Shown here: in pieces, positions 38,909 through 49,179 of the stretch
How positions within the stretch are numbered: the first letter of the stretch is position 1
How the letters are laid out: every line of letters starts with the position of its first letter
NCBI GenBank assembly: GCA_029856435.1
Contig: JAHQXB010000042.1
Location: 1-49,361, forward strand
Source of the DNA: Candidatus Jordarchaeia archaeon
GTDB lineage: Archaea > Asgardarchaeota > Jordiarchaeia > Jordiarchaeales > Jordiarchaeaceae
DNA length: 49,361 nt
Direction: 5' to 3'
Notes under the pieces: model-generated
Told to the model about the DNA's origin: nothing
Databases searched by the model: none
Seen by the model: the letters and a program-made list of their open reading frames with translations, nothing else
Position numbers and translations under genes: made by a program

Positions 38909-39583
38909 TTAGGGTTCACCTCCAAGGAGCGCCTTAACTTTTCTCACGGCTTCCATAGCGTTCTCAGCGTAGGCATCGGCACCTATCTGTTCTGCCCAGC
39001 TCTGAGAGGCGGGGGCGCCTCCCACAATTACCTTCACTTTTTCTCTTATCCCCCTTTTTGTTAGTAGTTTTATCACCTCTTCTTGGTGGGCCATAGTAGT
39101 TGTTAGCAGAGCGGATAGGCCCACAACCTGTGCGTCAGTCTCCTCAACTTTGGAAACAATAGTTTCAGCACTGACATCCTTACCGAGATCGATTACCTGA
39201 AAACCGGCGGCCGACAACATGGTGGAGACAAGGTTTTTACCCAAATCGTGGATGTCTCCCTCAACAGTTGCCACAACCACCTTCGCACCTTTCCAGCCAC
39301 CAGCTTTTCTTTCCTCTCCTTGGCGCAGGTGTGGTTCAAGAATTTTGAAAGCCTTATCGACAAATTCTGCAGCTATCACTAATTCAGGTATATATCTTTG
39401 TCCTTTCTCGAAAAGGTCTCCCATCTGCCTCAGCCCTTCCGATAACGCAGAAATTACTTTTTCAGGTGGCAACTTTTCGAGCGATTCCTTTGTGAGTTTT
39501 AACGTCTCTTCCTCATCGATTTCCAGTATGGCGTGAACTATTCTATGATGCAAATCGTTTTCCATTTCTAATTTAACTCCCAA
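38909..39583 (-). CDS. Cognate corrinoid (B12-binding) protein
   Basis: ATVEGDIHDLGKNLV (DxHxxG), DLGKDV, GLSALLTTT, VIVGGAP, IGADAY. Confidence 0.92.
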   Translation of the reverse strand: MGVKLEMENDLHHRIVHAILEIDEEETLKLTKESLEKLPPEKVISALSEGLRQMGDLFEKGQRYIPELVIAAEFVDKAFKILEPHLRQGEERKAGGWKGAKVVVATVEGDIHDLGKNLVSTMLSAAGFQVIDLGKDVSAETIVSKVEETDAQVVGLSALLTTTMAHQEEVIKLLTKRGIREKVKVIVGGAPASQSWAEQIGADAYAENAMEAVRKVKALLGGEP

Positions 39584-39670
39584 GTTTTGTACACCATTTT
39601 TAGGATTAAGGGTCTATAAAAATTAGAAGGGAATGGGAACACTCCATCGAAAAGAGGTAATAAAGTTAAC

Positions 39671-39690
39671 TGCAAATTGATAAATTTGCA
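39671..39690. promoter_or_regulatory. Perfect 8-4-8 palindrome upstream of the corrinoid/mttB operon
   Basis: TGCAAATT-GATA-AATTTGCA, about 50 bp upstream of a minus-strand TTTATA box near 39615-39620. Confidence 0.45.
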
Positions 39691-39952
39691 AGAATCATTG
39701 GCATGATAAGAATCGACTCTAGGTGGAGACGAGTGTTAGCTCCTTCCGTGAGGGGGGAGTAGCATTCAGAAATTTTCCTTTATCCCATAGTTTTCCTTTT
39801 TTGGATGTTTATGTTTTTCACTTGGATCCTCAACGCTTAACGTGTAGTTTTTGAATTTTTGAGTTAAGGTGTTTTAAAAAAGTAGTGAATCAAGTAGTCC
39901 AAGCTGGGAAACTATCAAACTAAATGCGGGAGAGGATGGTGTATTTGTAATT

Positions 39953-40387
39953 TTAGCCGAAGAGTGATTTTGCCCGCTCATCCGGCTTTTCGGATAGGTC
40001 TTTGAAAAAGGAATCTATTTTATTTCTGAAACTATCATAGTGGGTTTTAATTGGGGAATCAAGGTTTTCTGCGTATTCTTCTAAGAAGGTGTCAAGAATT
40101 TTGTGTAAGAGTTCTTTCATTAGTTTATAATCTGTGTCGCGGTCACAGATAGCGTATGCTACGAATTTTCCCTCATTTTTAGGGGAGTTATAGTAGATGA
40201 TGCTCAAAGTTTTTAGCTGGATGATGTCCAAACTATCTCCAAACGTGTTACGGGTTGCTATTTCCAGAGCTGAAAAAAGGGCGCTCTTCAAATCCTGATC
40301 CACGCTAGATGTGGCGTGGTATTCTCTAAAAACCAGCAGAAGACCATTGCGCATAATTCCTGCTTCATAGACAGTCAAAGGTTGCAC
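39953..40387 (-). CDS. Stand-alone longin/roadblock-like domain protein
   Basis: Beta-hairpin (GIMRNGLLLVFREY), helix (DQDLKSALFSALE...FG), three strands and C-terminal helices (LL.KIL..F.EEY...F...ID), the layout of profilin-like longin folds. Confidence 0.55.
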   Translation of the reverse strand: MQPLTVYEAGIMRNGLLLVFREYHATSSVDQDLKSALFSALEIATRNTFGDSLDIIQLKTLSIIYYNSPKNEGKFVAYAICDRDTDYKLMKELLHKILDTFLEEYAENLDSPIKTHYDSFRNKIDSFFKDLSEKPDERAKSLFG

Positions 40388-40492
40388 CCAAATTCTTCAA
40401 CATATTCCGTTTATTACAATACAAAACTCATATATTTGTGTGTTGATAAGGAACAAGTAGCTTCAAGAACAGTGGCTTTTTATAATTGGATA

Positions 40493-41038
40493 ATGGTTGA
40501 GCTGGTTGTACCAAAGTTGGTAGTAATAGTGGGTCTAGATCTTGCTTCAAAGGAGACGAACCCCACAGGATTCGCCCTTTACGACGACGGATATGTAATA
40601 ACCACCATAGTCTATACGGATATACAGATAATTAACAGCACTGTTAGAGCGTATCCGGACCTTGTAGCTATTGATGCACCGCTTACCTATAATGAGGGTT
40701 ATAGGGAGGCGGATAAGGAGCTCATTCGTAGAGGAATTAAGGTGTTTCCTCCAAATTTTGTGAAAGAGCTGACTTGGAGGGCAATAAAACTAAAAGCAAG
40801 ATTGGGTAACGTGATTGAGGTTTTTCCAGGTGCCTTTTACAAAATTATGGAGGTTAACGAGAACCAGTTGGATAGATTCGTAAAGTTTGAACATAGGCCC
40901 CGAACTAAGCATGAGTTAGATGCAACCGTATGCTGCATAATAGCGGCAATGTTTCTTGACGGAAGAGCGGAGGCAGTGGGAGGAAGAGGAGAGAAAATAG
41001 TGATACCTAAAAAAGAAAAGAGGGGACAGAGTGAATAA
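40493..41038 (+). CDS. DUF429-family predicted nuclease (RNase H-like fold)
   Basis: GLDLA, AIDAPL, R.AD.EL, IEVFP, ELDA..C. Confidence 0.8.
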   Translation: MVELVVPKLVVIVGLDLASKETNPTGFALYDDGYVITTIVYTDIQIINSTVRAYPDLVAIDAPLTYNEGYREADKELIRRGIKVFPPNFVKELTWRAIKLKARLGNVIEVFPGAFYKIMEVNENQLDRFVKFEHRPRTKHELDATVCCIIAAMFLDGRAEAVGGRGEKIVIPKKEKRGQSE

Positions 41039-41196
41039 AAAATTTTTTCTGGAAGTTTATGTATCTTAATGGTTCTCCGCTATTATTTCATTGTTGACTA
41101 AAACTCTTTTTTTGTTGGTGAATGGTTTGTGGGTAAAGCTTAAAAAACTTTGATATTACTATTTTTATAAAAAGTATTACTAAAAGGGGTGGCGTT

Positions 41197-44100
41197 ATGC
41201 CCACTAAAATCACAGTAATAGCCACAATAGCTGTCTCCAGTTCCTTTGCCGAAGCAGTCAGAGAAATAAGAGAAGAGTACGGCGAAGTAATAGAAGTCAA
41301 ACTTTACTATGTTCACGAAATAAGTGAGGAACTGGTAGATGAGCATATCCTTAAGGAAGACATCAAAACTTCAGACATTGTTCTTTTAGACATAAGAAGT
41401 CGGGGAAGATCCCTAGAGTTAGCCAGAGAAGCCTTGGCGAATCAGGAGAAAACGGTGATTACACTAGTTGGCGGCACCGCAGACGTCATGTCGCTTACTC
41501 AAATGGGCTCTTTTTCACCTGCAAAAATGTTTGAGAAGCAGAAACCTTCTGACAAGGGTTACGTTGATTGGAGAAAAATTCGAAGGATTCAAAGTATGAT
41601 TGAGAAAATGGGAACTGCTTTACCTGTGGGCAGTTTGAAACATGCCCGAAACTGGATTCGCGTCATGAACTACTGGAGATATAGCGGAAAAAGTAACATT
41701 AAAAACCTGCTTCTATTTGTTGCTAGCGAGTATGGCGGACAAAATGTGAAGTTTGAACCCCCAGTAGAGTTTCCTACGGAGGGAATATATCACCCAAAAC
41801 TGCACCGGTACTACACAAGTTTAGATGATTACCTAAAAGAAAATTGCGATCCTCAGAAACCCAGCGTGGGAATTTTATTCTATGGAGGAATGCATTTTGA
41901 CTCGTCCATTGCAGGTGTCAGTGCGCTAATTGACAAGCTGGAAAACCGTGTTAATATTATCCCAGTATATTCGGACGGCGTGGATAACCTGAAGGCAATC
42001 AGAAAATTCTTCTTTAAGAATGGAAAACCCATTGTTGACGCCGCTGTTAGTTTTGTGTGGTTCCGCATCAATGGAGGACCCTTGGGCGGGGAGACACAAG
42101 AAACCCTTAACCTGTTAAAGGAGTTGAATGTTCCCTTTTTTGACGCTGCACCCATGTATATGAGGGAAGTTGAAAAGTGGAAGGAATCCACTCAAGGTTT
42201 CTCCCCGGTGGAGCTGATTGCTGCGGTCACACTTCCCGAGCTTGATGGTCTCATAGAGCCTGTACCCTCCCTAGGACTAAGAAACATAGACTACAGTGAA
42301 GTGCTGGGGGCGGATGTTAAGTTAACTGTGGCCATAGAGGATCGCATTGAGAGAATTGCGGGTCGGGTTCTCAATTGGCTAAAGTTGAGGGAAAAAAAGA
42401 ACTCTGAAAAAAGGGTTGCAATTGTCATCTACAATTATCCCCCGGGAGAAAGTAACGTGGGCAACGCAGCATACTTGGATGTCTTTGCCAGCCTAGATAA
42501 AATACTTGAGAGATTGAGAAAAGAGAACTACAATGTGGGAGACGGAAAAGTTAATTTTAGTGAATTTTTCCTGAGTAAGGGATTGGTTAATTCTGGAAAA
42601 TGGAGTCCTAGGAGCCTTATCTCTCAGAACGCCATAATTGTTCCAGTAGAGAAGTATCAGGAATGGTTTAGGGAGCTTAGTGAAAAATTAAGGAAAGAGG
42701 TTGTTGATGAGTGGGGTGAGCCACCGGGAAGCATTATGAGTTACGAGAACAATTTGATCATTCCGGGATTAGAGTTGGGCAACGTTTTTGTGGGGCTTCA
42801 GCCCACCCGTGGAGTTCATGAAAACCCGGCAAAGGCGTATCATGATAAGAATATGCCTCCCCACCACCAGTATATTGCGTTTTATAAGTGGTTGGAGAAG
42901 GAGTGGGGTGCGGATGTGGTTATTCATTTGGGTACACATGGAACTATCGAATTCATGAAGGGGAAGGAGGCGGGAATGTCTAGTGAGTGTTACCCGGACT
43001 TTCTTATGGGGAACGTGCCCCACCTGTACGTCTACCACATAACTAACCCTTCAGAGGCTATGATTGCCAAAAGGCGTAGTTACGCCACACTGATTAATCA
43101 CATGTCTCCTCCGTACAACCAGTCTGGGCTCTACGGGGAATTCACGGAGCTTGAGGAACTCATAAACGAGTACTGTGAAGCGAAACTTCAGGATCCCCTG
43201 CGGGCAAAAAGAATTCAACCAAAAATTGTGGAAAAAGCAAAGCAGCTTAATATTGATGCGATTTCCGTGGAAGAAATTTACGATGAGCTTTTCGCCCTCA
43301 AACGTGCAATAATTCCAAGCGGCCTCCACATTTTTGGTGAAAAGTATGGGAGAGATGACTTAATAGATTTCCTTTCATTCGTCTTAAGATATGATAGAGG
43401 GGAAATCAAATCCCTGAACCGCATTCTATCAGAATCGATGGGAATTGACTATGATTATGCTCTCAGTCATCCCAATGAAAGCCACATTGGGAAAAGCCTA
43501 GGGAAAATCTTAAATGAAATTGAAGATAGAGCGAAGGAGATTATCAGAATATCACTGGATTCAATTGAAATGGGCGTAAAGGCCTCTGAGGTAAAAAAGA
43601 GTCTGGCTACGGATCTCAGAAAGACTCTCTCTTACGGTCTGGAAATCGCCTCCCGCCTAGAGGAGAGTAGAGAAATGGACAGCCTTATCCAAGCTCTAAA
43701 CGGTAATTATGTATTTCCCAACTTAGGTGGCGACCCCATACGTACTCCGGAGGTTCTTCCAGCGGGGAGCAATACTTACCAGTTTGACCCCCGCCTTATA
43801 CCCAGCGATGTCGCCTATGAGAGGGGAGTTGAAATTGCAGAGAAAACCCTGAAGCAGTACTATGACAAGAATGGAAGATATCCGGAAAGCGTGGCAGTGG
43901 TGCTCTGGGGGTTTGAAACAGTGAAGACCCGAGGAGAAACTGTGGGACAGATACTGGGATACTTGGGAGTGCGGATTGTGAGGGAGAGAAGTATCTGGTT
44001 CCCAAAGTTGAAATTGATTCCACTCAAAGAACTGGGAAGACCTAGAATAGACGTCGTGGTAAACATATGTGGATTTTTCCGGGACATGTTCCCAGATACC

Positions 44101-44958
44101 ATGAAGCTCCTAGACGAAGCCTTTAATATGGTCGCCTCGTTGGAGGAAGAGGAGAATAAAAATTATGTTAAGAAACATTCTGAGAAGCTTTACAGAGAAT
44201 TAGCTGGAGAATTTCCGGATGAGAAAATGGTGAAAAGGCTCTCAAATGCACGCATTTTTGGTCCCAGGTCAGGTGAGTATGGAACCCGACTAACTAGATT
44301 GATTGAAACATCTAACTGGGAGTCTGAGAGCCAGGTGGCTGAAGCATATATTGCCAGTATGAATAATGTTTATGCGGAAAATATTCACGGCGAATATGCG
44401 GACAGAATTTATCGGAAAATCCTGTCAAATGTGGAACTAGTTTCCCAGGTTCGAGACACACATGAGTACGAGGTCACAGACTTGGACCACTACTACGAGT
44501 TCTTTGGAGGCCTCTCAAAAGCAGTTGAAGACATAAGAGGCGAAAAACCAGAGATGCTGATTTCAGACACTACCAGAGAACAGATAAAAACAGAAACCGT
44601 AGACAAGGCCATCCAGAGAGGCGTTAGAACCCGATTGCTAAATCCTAAATGGATAAATGGCATGTTAAAACATAAGTATCATGGAGGCCAAAAAATCGCA
44701 GATCGTGTAGAGTACCTTCTAGGCTTCGCAGCCACAACCAATAAAGTGGAAAACTGGATTTGGAGCAAAGTAGCCGAAGACTACGTATTTAATGAAGAAA
44801 TGAGAAAAAGACTGCAGGAAAATAATAAGTGGGCACTACACGAAATGATGGGAAGACTCCTAGAAGCAAACCAGCGGGGATACTGGCAAGCAACCAAAGA
44901 AGAACTAGATAAACTCCGCCAACTATACCTAGAATTAGAAGGAGAATTAGAAGAATAA
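41197..44958 (+). CDS. cobN: CobN/BchH-family class I chelatase large subunit
   Basis: YNYPPG, HQY.AFY.WL, HLGTHGT.EF.KGK, Y.YHITNPSE..IAKRR, D..R.P..LPAG.N, WGFET.KT.GE, LLNPKWI.GM..H.Y.G. Confidence 0.9.
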   Translation: MPTKITVIATIAVSSSFAEAVREIREEYGEVIEVKLYYVHEISEELVDEHILKEDIKTSDIVLLDIRSRGRSLELAREALANQEKTVITLVGGTADVMSLTQMGSFSPAKMFEKQKPSDKGYVDWRKIRRIQSMIEKMGTALPVGSLKHARNWIRVMNYWRYSGKSNIKNLLLFVASEYGGQNVKFEPPVEFPTEGIYHPKLHRYYTSLDDYLKENCDPQKPSVGILFYGGMHFDSSIAGVSALIDKLENRVNIIPVYSDGVDNLKAIRKFFFKNGKPIVDAAVSFVWFRINGGPLGGETQETLNLLKELNVPFFDAAPMYMREVEKWKESTQGFSPVELIAAVTLPELDGLIEPVPSLGLRNIDYSEVLGADVKLTVAIEDRIERIAGRVLNWLKLREKKNSEKRVAIVIYNYPPGESNVGNAAYLDVFASLDKILERLRKENYNVGDGKVNFSEFFLSKGLVNSGKWSPRSLISQNAIIVPVEKYQEWFRELSEKLRKEVVDEWGEPPGSIMSYENNLIIPGLELGNVFVGLQPTRGVHENPAKAYHDKNMPPHHQYIAFYKWLEKEWGADVVIHLGTHGTIEFMKGKEAGMSSECYPDFLMGNVPHLYVYHITNPSEAMIAKRRSYATLINHMSPPYNQSGLYGEFTELEELINEYCEAKLQDPLRAKRIQPKIVEKAKQLNIDAISVEEIYDELFALKRAIIPSGLHIFGEKYGRDDLIDFLSFVLRYDRGEIKSLNRILSESMGIDYDYALSHPNESHIGKSLGKILNEIEDRAKEIIRISLDSIEMGVKASEVKKSLATDLRKTLSYGLEIASRLEESREMDSLIQALNGNYVFPNLGGDPIRTPEVLPAGSNTYQFDPRLIPSDVAYERGVEIAEKTLKQYYDKNGRYPESVAVVLWGFETVKTRGETVGQILGYLGVRIVRERSIWFPKLKLIPLKELGRPRIDVVVNICGFFRDMFPDTMKLLDEAFNMVASLEEEENKNYVKKHSEKLYRELAGEFPDEKMVKRLSNARIFGPRSGEYGTRLTRLIETSNWESESQVAEAYIASMNNVYAENIHGEYADRIYRKILSNVELVSQVRDTHEYEVTDLDHYYEFFGGLSKAVEDIRGEKPEMLISDTTREQIKTETVDKAIQRGVRTRLLNPKWINGMLKHKYHGGQKIADRVEYLLGFAATTNKVENWIWSKVAEDYVFNEEMRKRLQENNKWALHEMMGRLLEANQRGYWQATKEELDKLRQLYLELEGELEE

Positions 44959-44972
44959 ACAAGTAGAGAAGG

Positions 44973-47027
44973 ATGAAGAATATGACAAGGCATTTGAGAA
45001 AATGGTTCTACCCCTTTACGGCCATAGTAGGTCAAGAAAACCTTAAAACAGCGCTCATTTGTGTAGCTATAAAGCCTTCAATTGGCGGCGTTCTCCTCCG
45101 TGGAGAGAGAGGCACCGGAAAATCGACAGCGGCCCGGGCCCTCGCCGACCTGTTGCCAGAAATAGAGTTTGTGAAGGGATGCCCCTTTAACTGTAATCCA
45201 AGAGACACCTCAGAGATGTGTGACGAGTGCTTACACAAATATGAGCGGGGAGAAGAACTTCCAGTAGAGAGAAGAAAAATGAAAGTAGTGGACTTACCCC
45301 TGAGCGCAACTGAGGATAGGGTGGTTGGCTCCCTAAATGTTGAGACAGCCTTAAAAGAAGGACGAGCCCGCTTGGAGCCCGGCCTCCTCGCAGAAGCGAA
45401 CAGGGGAATACTGTATGTGGACGAGGTGAACCTATTAGAGGATCACTTAGTAGATGTACTCTTAGACTCTGCAGCTATGGGTCTAAACATTGTGGAGCGA
45501 GAAGGAGTTTCTGTTGCCCACCCCTCAAAGTTCATTCTTATAGGAACCATGAATCCCGAAGAGGGCGAACTGAGGCCTCAAATATCTGACAGATTCGGCT
45601 TATGTGTACAAATAGAGGCCCTAGAGGACGTAGAACAGAGAAAAGAGATAGTGAGGAGAAGAGAGGAGTTTGAAAAAGACCCCAAAGCCTTCCAGGAGAA
45701 ATACAGTTCACTGCAGAGAGAGCTGCAGGCAAAAATTATCAGAGCCCGAGAACTTCTAAACCGAGTTGAAATTAGTGATCACCTTCTGGACATCGTTTCC
45801 AAGTTGTGCCTAGATTTAAACGTCCACACCCATAGAGCAGACATTGTGATTGTGGGCACTGCTAAAGCCCTAGCAGCCTTTGAGGGAAGAACAGAAGTTA
45901 CCATGGAGGACATAACAAAAGCCGCGAAGCTGGCTCTTCCCCACAGGCTTAGAAGACTGCCCTTTGAAGAAATCGAATCCAAAGAAAAAGAACTTGAACA
46001 GGCCCTTCAAAACTTGCAAGAAAATTCAAATCCCACCAGCACCCAGAAAAAACACACAAAAAAAGAAACGGAAACGGAAGAGAGGAACGCCCAAAGCAGC
46101 TTCCAGGACCTAGCTGGGGTTGCGGGTAAAGCTCCCAAAAAGAAGATTGGTGAAATTGGGAAGCCAATTAGCACAAAAATGCTGAACATGGCTACACATC
46201 TCAGAAAGTCTGCCAGAGATTATGGAAAGAGATTTCCAGTCACGTCAGACACATCGAAGGGACGTTACATAAAACCCCGCCTGTCTCAAAACCAGCTTTA
46301 CGACATAGCCTTTGACGCCACGCTAAAAGCCGCAGCCCTAAGACTCTCCCAAAACAGCGGTGGCCGAGAATCTTTCCGGGTAGACCATCAAGACCTACGA
46401 TTCAAAAGGAGAAAGACCAAAATCTCTTTCCTTATAGTGCTAGTGGTGGACTCCAGTAGCTCCATGAACATTTACGAGAGAATCGAGGCAGCCAAAGGCG
46501 CAGCCTACTCCATCCTAACAGCATCCTATCCTAAGAGGGATTACGTGGGAATAATAATATTAAAGTCCACGCAGGCCGAAGTTCTAGTTCCACCCACAAA
46601 GCACCTCATCCTTGGAAAAAGGTATTTAAGGGATCTACCCTCAACTGGAAAAACACCACTGGCCGCCGGGCTTCACAAAGCATTGAAGGTTATCGAAAAC
46701 CAGAAGCTGAAAATCGGGTCCACATTGCCAATAGTTGTGGTTATCTCAGACGGCCATGCAAACGTACCGCTCAGCCCCGGCGCCAACATAGAAAAGGAGC
46801 TCAGAGCCATTTCCAAACTCTTCTATGACAAGGGAATACATCTCATATCCATAGACACCGAAAAAGTTCCCAACATTTTTACACCAAGCGTGGGCTACAT
46901 GAAAATGATCGCCGAAAACGCTCAAGGCGCATACTACAAAATAGAAGAAGTAACTGCAAACACCATCGAAAACATAATTCAAAACGAAAAAGAAAACCTC
47001 GCAGATTCAATCAGCACAGTCCTCTAA
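44973..47027 (+). CDS. ChlI/ChlD-type AAA+ chelatase subunit with C-terminal vWA domain
   Basis: [17 protein letters not shown] Walker A, YVDEVN Walker [35 protein letters not shown]. Confidence 0.9.
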   Translation: MKNMTRHLRKWFYPFTAIVGQENLKTALICVAIKPSIGGVLLRGERGTGKSTAARALADLLPEIEFVKGCPFNCNPRDTSEMCDECLHKYERGEELPVERRKMKVVDLPLSATEDRVVGSLNVETALKEGRARLEPGLLAEANRGILYVDEVNLLEDHLVDVLLDSAAMGLNIVEREGVSVAHPSKFILIGTMNPEEGELRPQISDRFGLCVQIEALEDVEQRKEIVRRREEFEKDPKAFQEKYSSLQRELQAKIIRARELLNRVEISDHLLDIVSKLCLDLNVHTHRADIVIVGTAKALAAFEGRTEVTMEDITKAAKLALPHRLRRLPFEEIESKEKELEQALQNLQENSNPTSTQKKHTKKETETEERNAQSSFQDLAGVAGKAPKKKIGEIGKPISTKMLNMATHLRKSARDYGKRFPVTSDTSKGRYIKPRLSQNQLYDIAFDATLKAAALRLSQNSGGRESFRVDHQDLRFKRRKTKISFLIVLVVDSSSSMNIYERIEAAKGAAYSILTASYPKRDYVGIIILKSTQAEVLVPPTKHLILGKRYLRDLPSTGKTPLAAGLHKALKVIENQKLKIGSTLPIVVVISDGHANVPLSPGANIEKELRAISKLFYDKGIHLISIDTEKVPNIFTPSVGYMKMIAENAQGAYYKIEEVTANTIENIIQNEKENLADSISTVL

Positions 47028-47184
47028 ACCAATAAAAAACTATAACACACGTCACTAAGAGTTAAACACTCCTCCTCTTGAACTCAGCCTCTATTCAGCA
47101 TCCCTTTACTGGCAAGAAAGTTTAGTATTTACTTATTTGCTGGAGCTGAGAATTTGAATATTTTAGGTTTCAATTTTAAAAAGT

Positions 47185-49179
47185 TTAGAGTGTAAGTAGT
47201 GATAGTATAAGGGCCACCAGCCAGTAGAGTAGTAGAGCCGACAGGGCTTTAGGAAAGGCTTTGAGGAGGACTGTGAAAAAGCGTTCTCCGTTTAGTAGAC
47301 CCCACACATCCACTTCGCTCAGCACTCGATTCAGGGAAACCATCACTTTTCGGGGTTTTGATAATTGATCTATGAGTTTCTCAACTATTTTGATGGTGGG
47401 CTCGTGGATTTCCTCCTTCGAGCCGAACGGCTTCATGAAAAGTAAATCTTGATGAGTGTCGCTAGTCATAATTATAACATTGTCTTCCCAGAATCCCCTT
47501 CTGAGAAAAAGTTTCACGATTTTTTCCCCCAACTTGGGCTCCACCGTGTTTGCATCCAAAAGAAGGTAGGCACATTTTTTCTTACTTTCTTCCAACTCTA
47601 TAACGTATATAGATATTCCATCTCTCCCTATGACTTTAGCGAGTTCTTCGCACTCTGATTCTATTTCACGTCTAGTAATTTTGGACCCCACAAATGAAAA
47701 CCTCTCTTTTCTGGACTGCAAAGCTTTGCCCACCGCCCTTTCCACTAGTGCTTTTAGCTCCCAGGTAAGAGGGTCTTCCATGTAGAGGGGCCGCTCCTCC
47801 CTATGGGGATAAAAGTGTTTGTCCAAAATTATGGCATCCTTCGCACCCACATTTTTAGCAGCTTCAATCAGATAGTTTCCCACACCGTAGGATATATCAC
47901 CATTGTTCTCATCGCACAGATCGCAGAAAACTAGCACCTTTTGATCCACACCATTACTAAAAGCCTGGCAAAAGACCCGCACCCTCCCAGTGCTTCCAAC
48001 ACTTTCCTCAGAAAAAATGGGCGAAGCAAACTCGTAAAACTCCATACCCCCACCCCTAAGGAGACTGCGAACCGCTTCTACAATCCTGCCTATTTCGGAA
48101 GCCGAGGAAGGATTAAAATCGTGTGTACTTGGAGAGTGGGGAACCATTACCAACTCGCAATCTTTCCTTAAAGTTTCAGAAATTTTGTAGGAAAGCAGGG
48201 ACCCGCAAAAAGAAAGCAGAGGCCCCGGATGTAGCGAAGGAACCACCATCAAAGCATCTCCCTCACCCGTTTTAAACGCCACCACTCCCGTCCACACCTT
48301 AAAGGTTTCTCTAAAATCGGCAAAACATAAGGTATCCTCCAATCCAGTATCCCTCAAAAGGTCCCAAGTTATCAGTCTGCGGATAACATCAAACTGACTT
48401 ACCCGGACCTTCCTATCACCGGAGCGAAAAGTTGTTGAAGTGCCCAAAGCCACCGCTTCAAAGATGAGGGCAGGTATCAGCACACAATACACAGTCGCCG
48501 AAACCATATAGGTAAGTGGAGAGCCCGCCAATTGAAAAACCTCCACCAAATAAACAGCAGGAGTAACAGCCACGGGAAACCTCAAAAAACGTATCCGACT
48601 CAACCTCTCAGTTGCAGGCAAAAGGTAAAAGTAGCGAATGCTAACAATCCAGAAAATTCGATCCACAACATCTGTGCTGGAAGTAATAAACCCCATAGAG
48701 TACAAAACCAGCCCATTAACCCCCCGATACAAGTTGTAAAGCCTAAAAGCATCAACCGCCACGGGCAGAGAGAAAACGTAGGATAAAAATATTTGATTCG
48801 CAACCGCCCTTATAATCAAGAGATAATTTGCCAAACCCCACAAAACAGAATAAACCAACAACAGCAGCAGCAACAAAGTAACGGCAACAACAGCCATAAA
48901 AACATTAACCCTACACTTCAAACCAAGCTCCCTAAAAACAAAAGAGTTCCCGGAAAACAGGAAAAAACAAAAAACAACATCAACACCCAAACTAAAAAAG
49001 AAAAAAGGCACAAAAGGAAACAGAGAAAACACCACACCCCGCTCAAAAGGAGATAAACCCCAAAAAAACAAGCAAACAAAAACAATCTCCACTAAAATAA
49101 TTGGATAACCCAAAGGATACCTACAGGGAACCCTATATAAGCCCCTAAGAAGCCTCACAAAAAATAACCACATAACCAC
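47185..49179 (-). CDS. DUF2070-like membrane protein (start uncertain)
   Basis: Hydrophobic N-terminal half; HPGP, PHSPSTHDFNP and TSDTH motifs in the soluble C-terminal part. Confidence 0.7.
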   Translation of the reverse strand: MVMWLFFVRLLRGLYRVPCRYPLGYPIILVEIVFVCLFFWGLSPFERGVVFSLFPFVPFFFFSLGVDVVFCFFLFSGNSFVFRELGLKCRVNVFMAVVAVTLLLLLLLVYSVLWGLANYLLIIRAVANQIFLSYVFSLPVAVDAFRLYNLYRGVNGLVLYSMGFITSSTDVVDRIFWIVSIRYFYLLPATERLSRIRFLRFPVAVTPAVYLVEVFQLAGSPLTYMVSATVYCVLIPALIFEAVALGTSTTFRSGDRKVRVSQFDVIRRLITWDLLRDTGLEDTLCFADFRETFKVWTGVVAFKTGEGDALMVVPSLHPGPLLSFCGSLLSYKISETLRKDCELVMVPHSPSTHDFNPSSASEIGRIVEAVRSLLRGGGMEFYEFASPIFSEESVGSTGRVRVFCQAFSNGVDQKVLVFCDLCDENNGDISYGVGNYLIEAAKNVGAKDAIILDKHFYPHREERPLYMEDPLTWELKALVERAVGKALQSRKERFSFVGSKITRREIESECEELAKVIGRDGISIYVIELEESKKKCAYLLLDANTVEPKLGEKIVKLFLRRGFWEDNVIIMTSDTHQDLLFMKPFGSKEEIHEPTIKIVEKLIDQLSKPRKVMVSLNRVLSEVDVWGLLNGERFFTVLLKAFPKALSALLLYWLVALILSLLTL

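Noticed and set aside
37468-38925. Pyrrolysine-containing MttB
   Set aside because: The ORF is open with no in-frame TAG, and Leu occupies the Pyl-equivalent position.
41154-41182. TATTACTA direct repeat (21-bp spacing) before cobN
   Set aside because: Two copies of an AT-rich 8-mer are too weak without comparative data. No cobalamin riboswitch is visible either.
47449-49056. Plus-strand ORFs antisense to the DUF2070-like gene (e.g. the poly-Q ORF 48793-49056) and the many other antisense ORFs in the track
   Set aside because: Shadows of real genes on the opposite strand; the low complexity reflects the local A/C skew.
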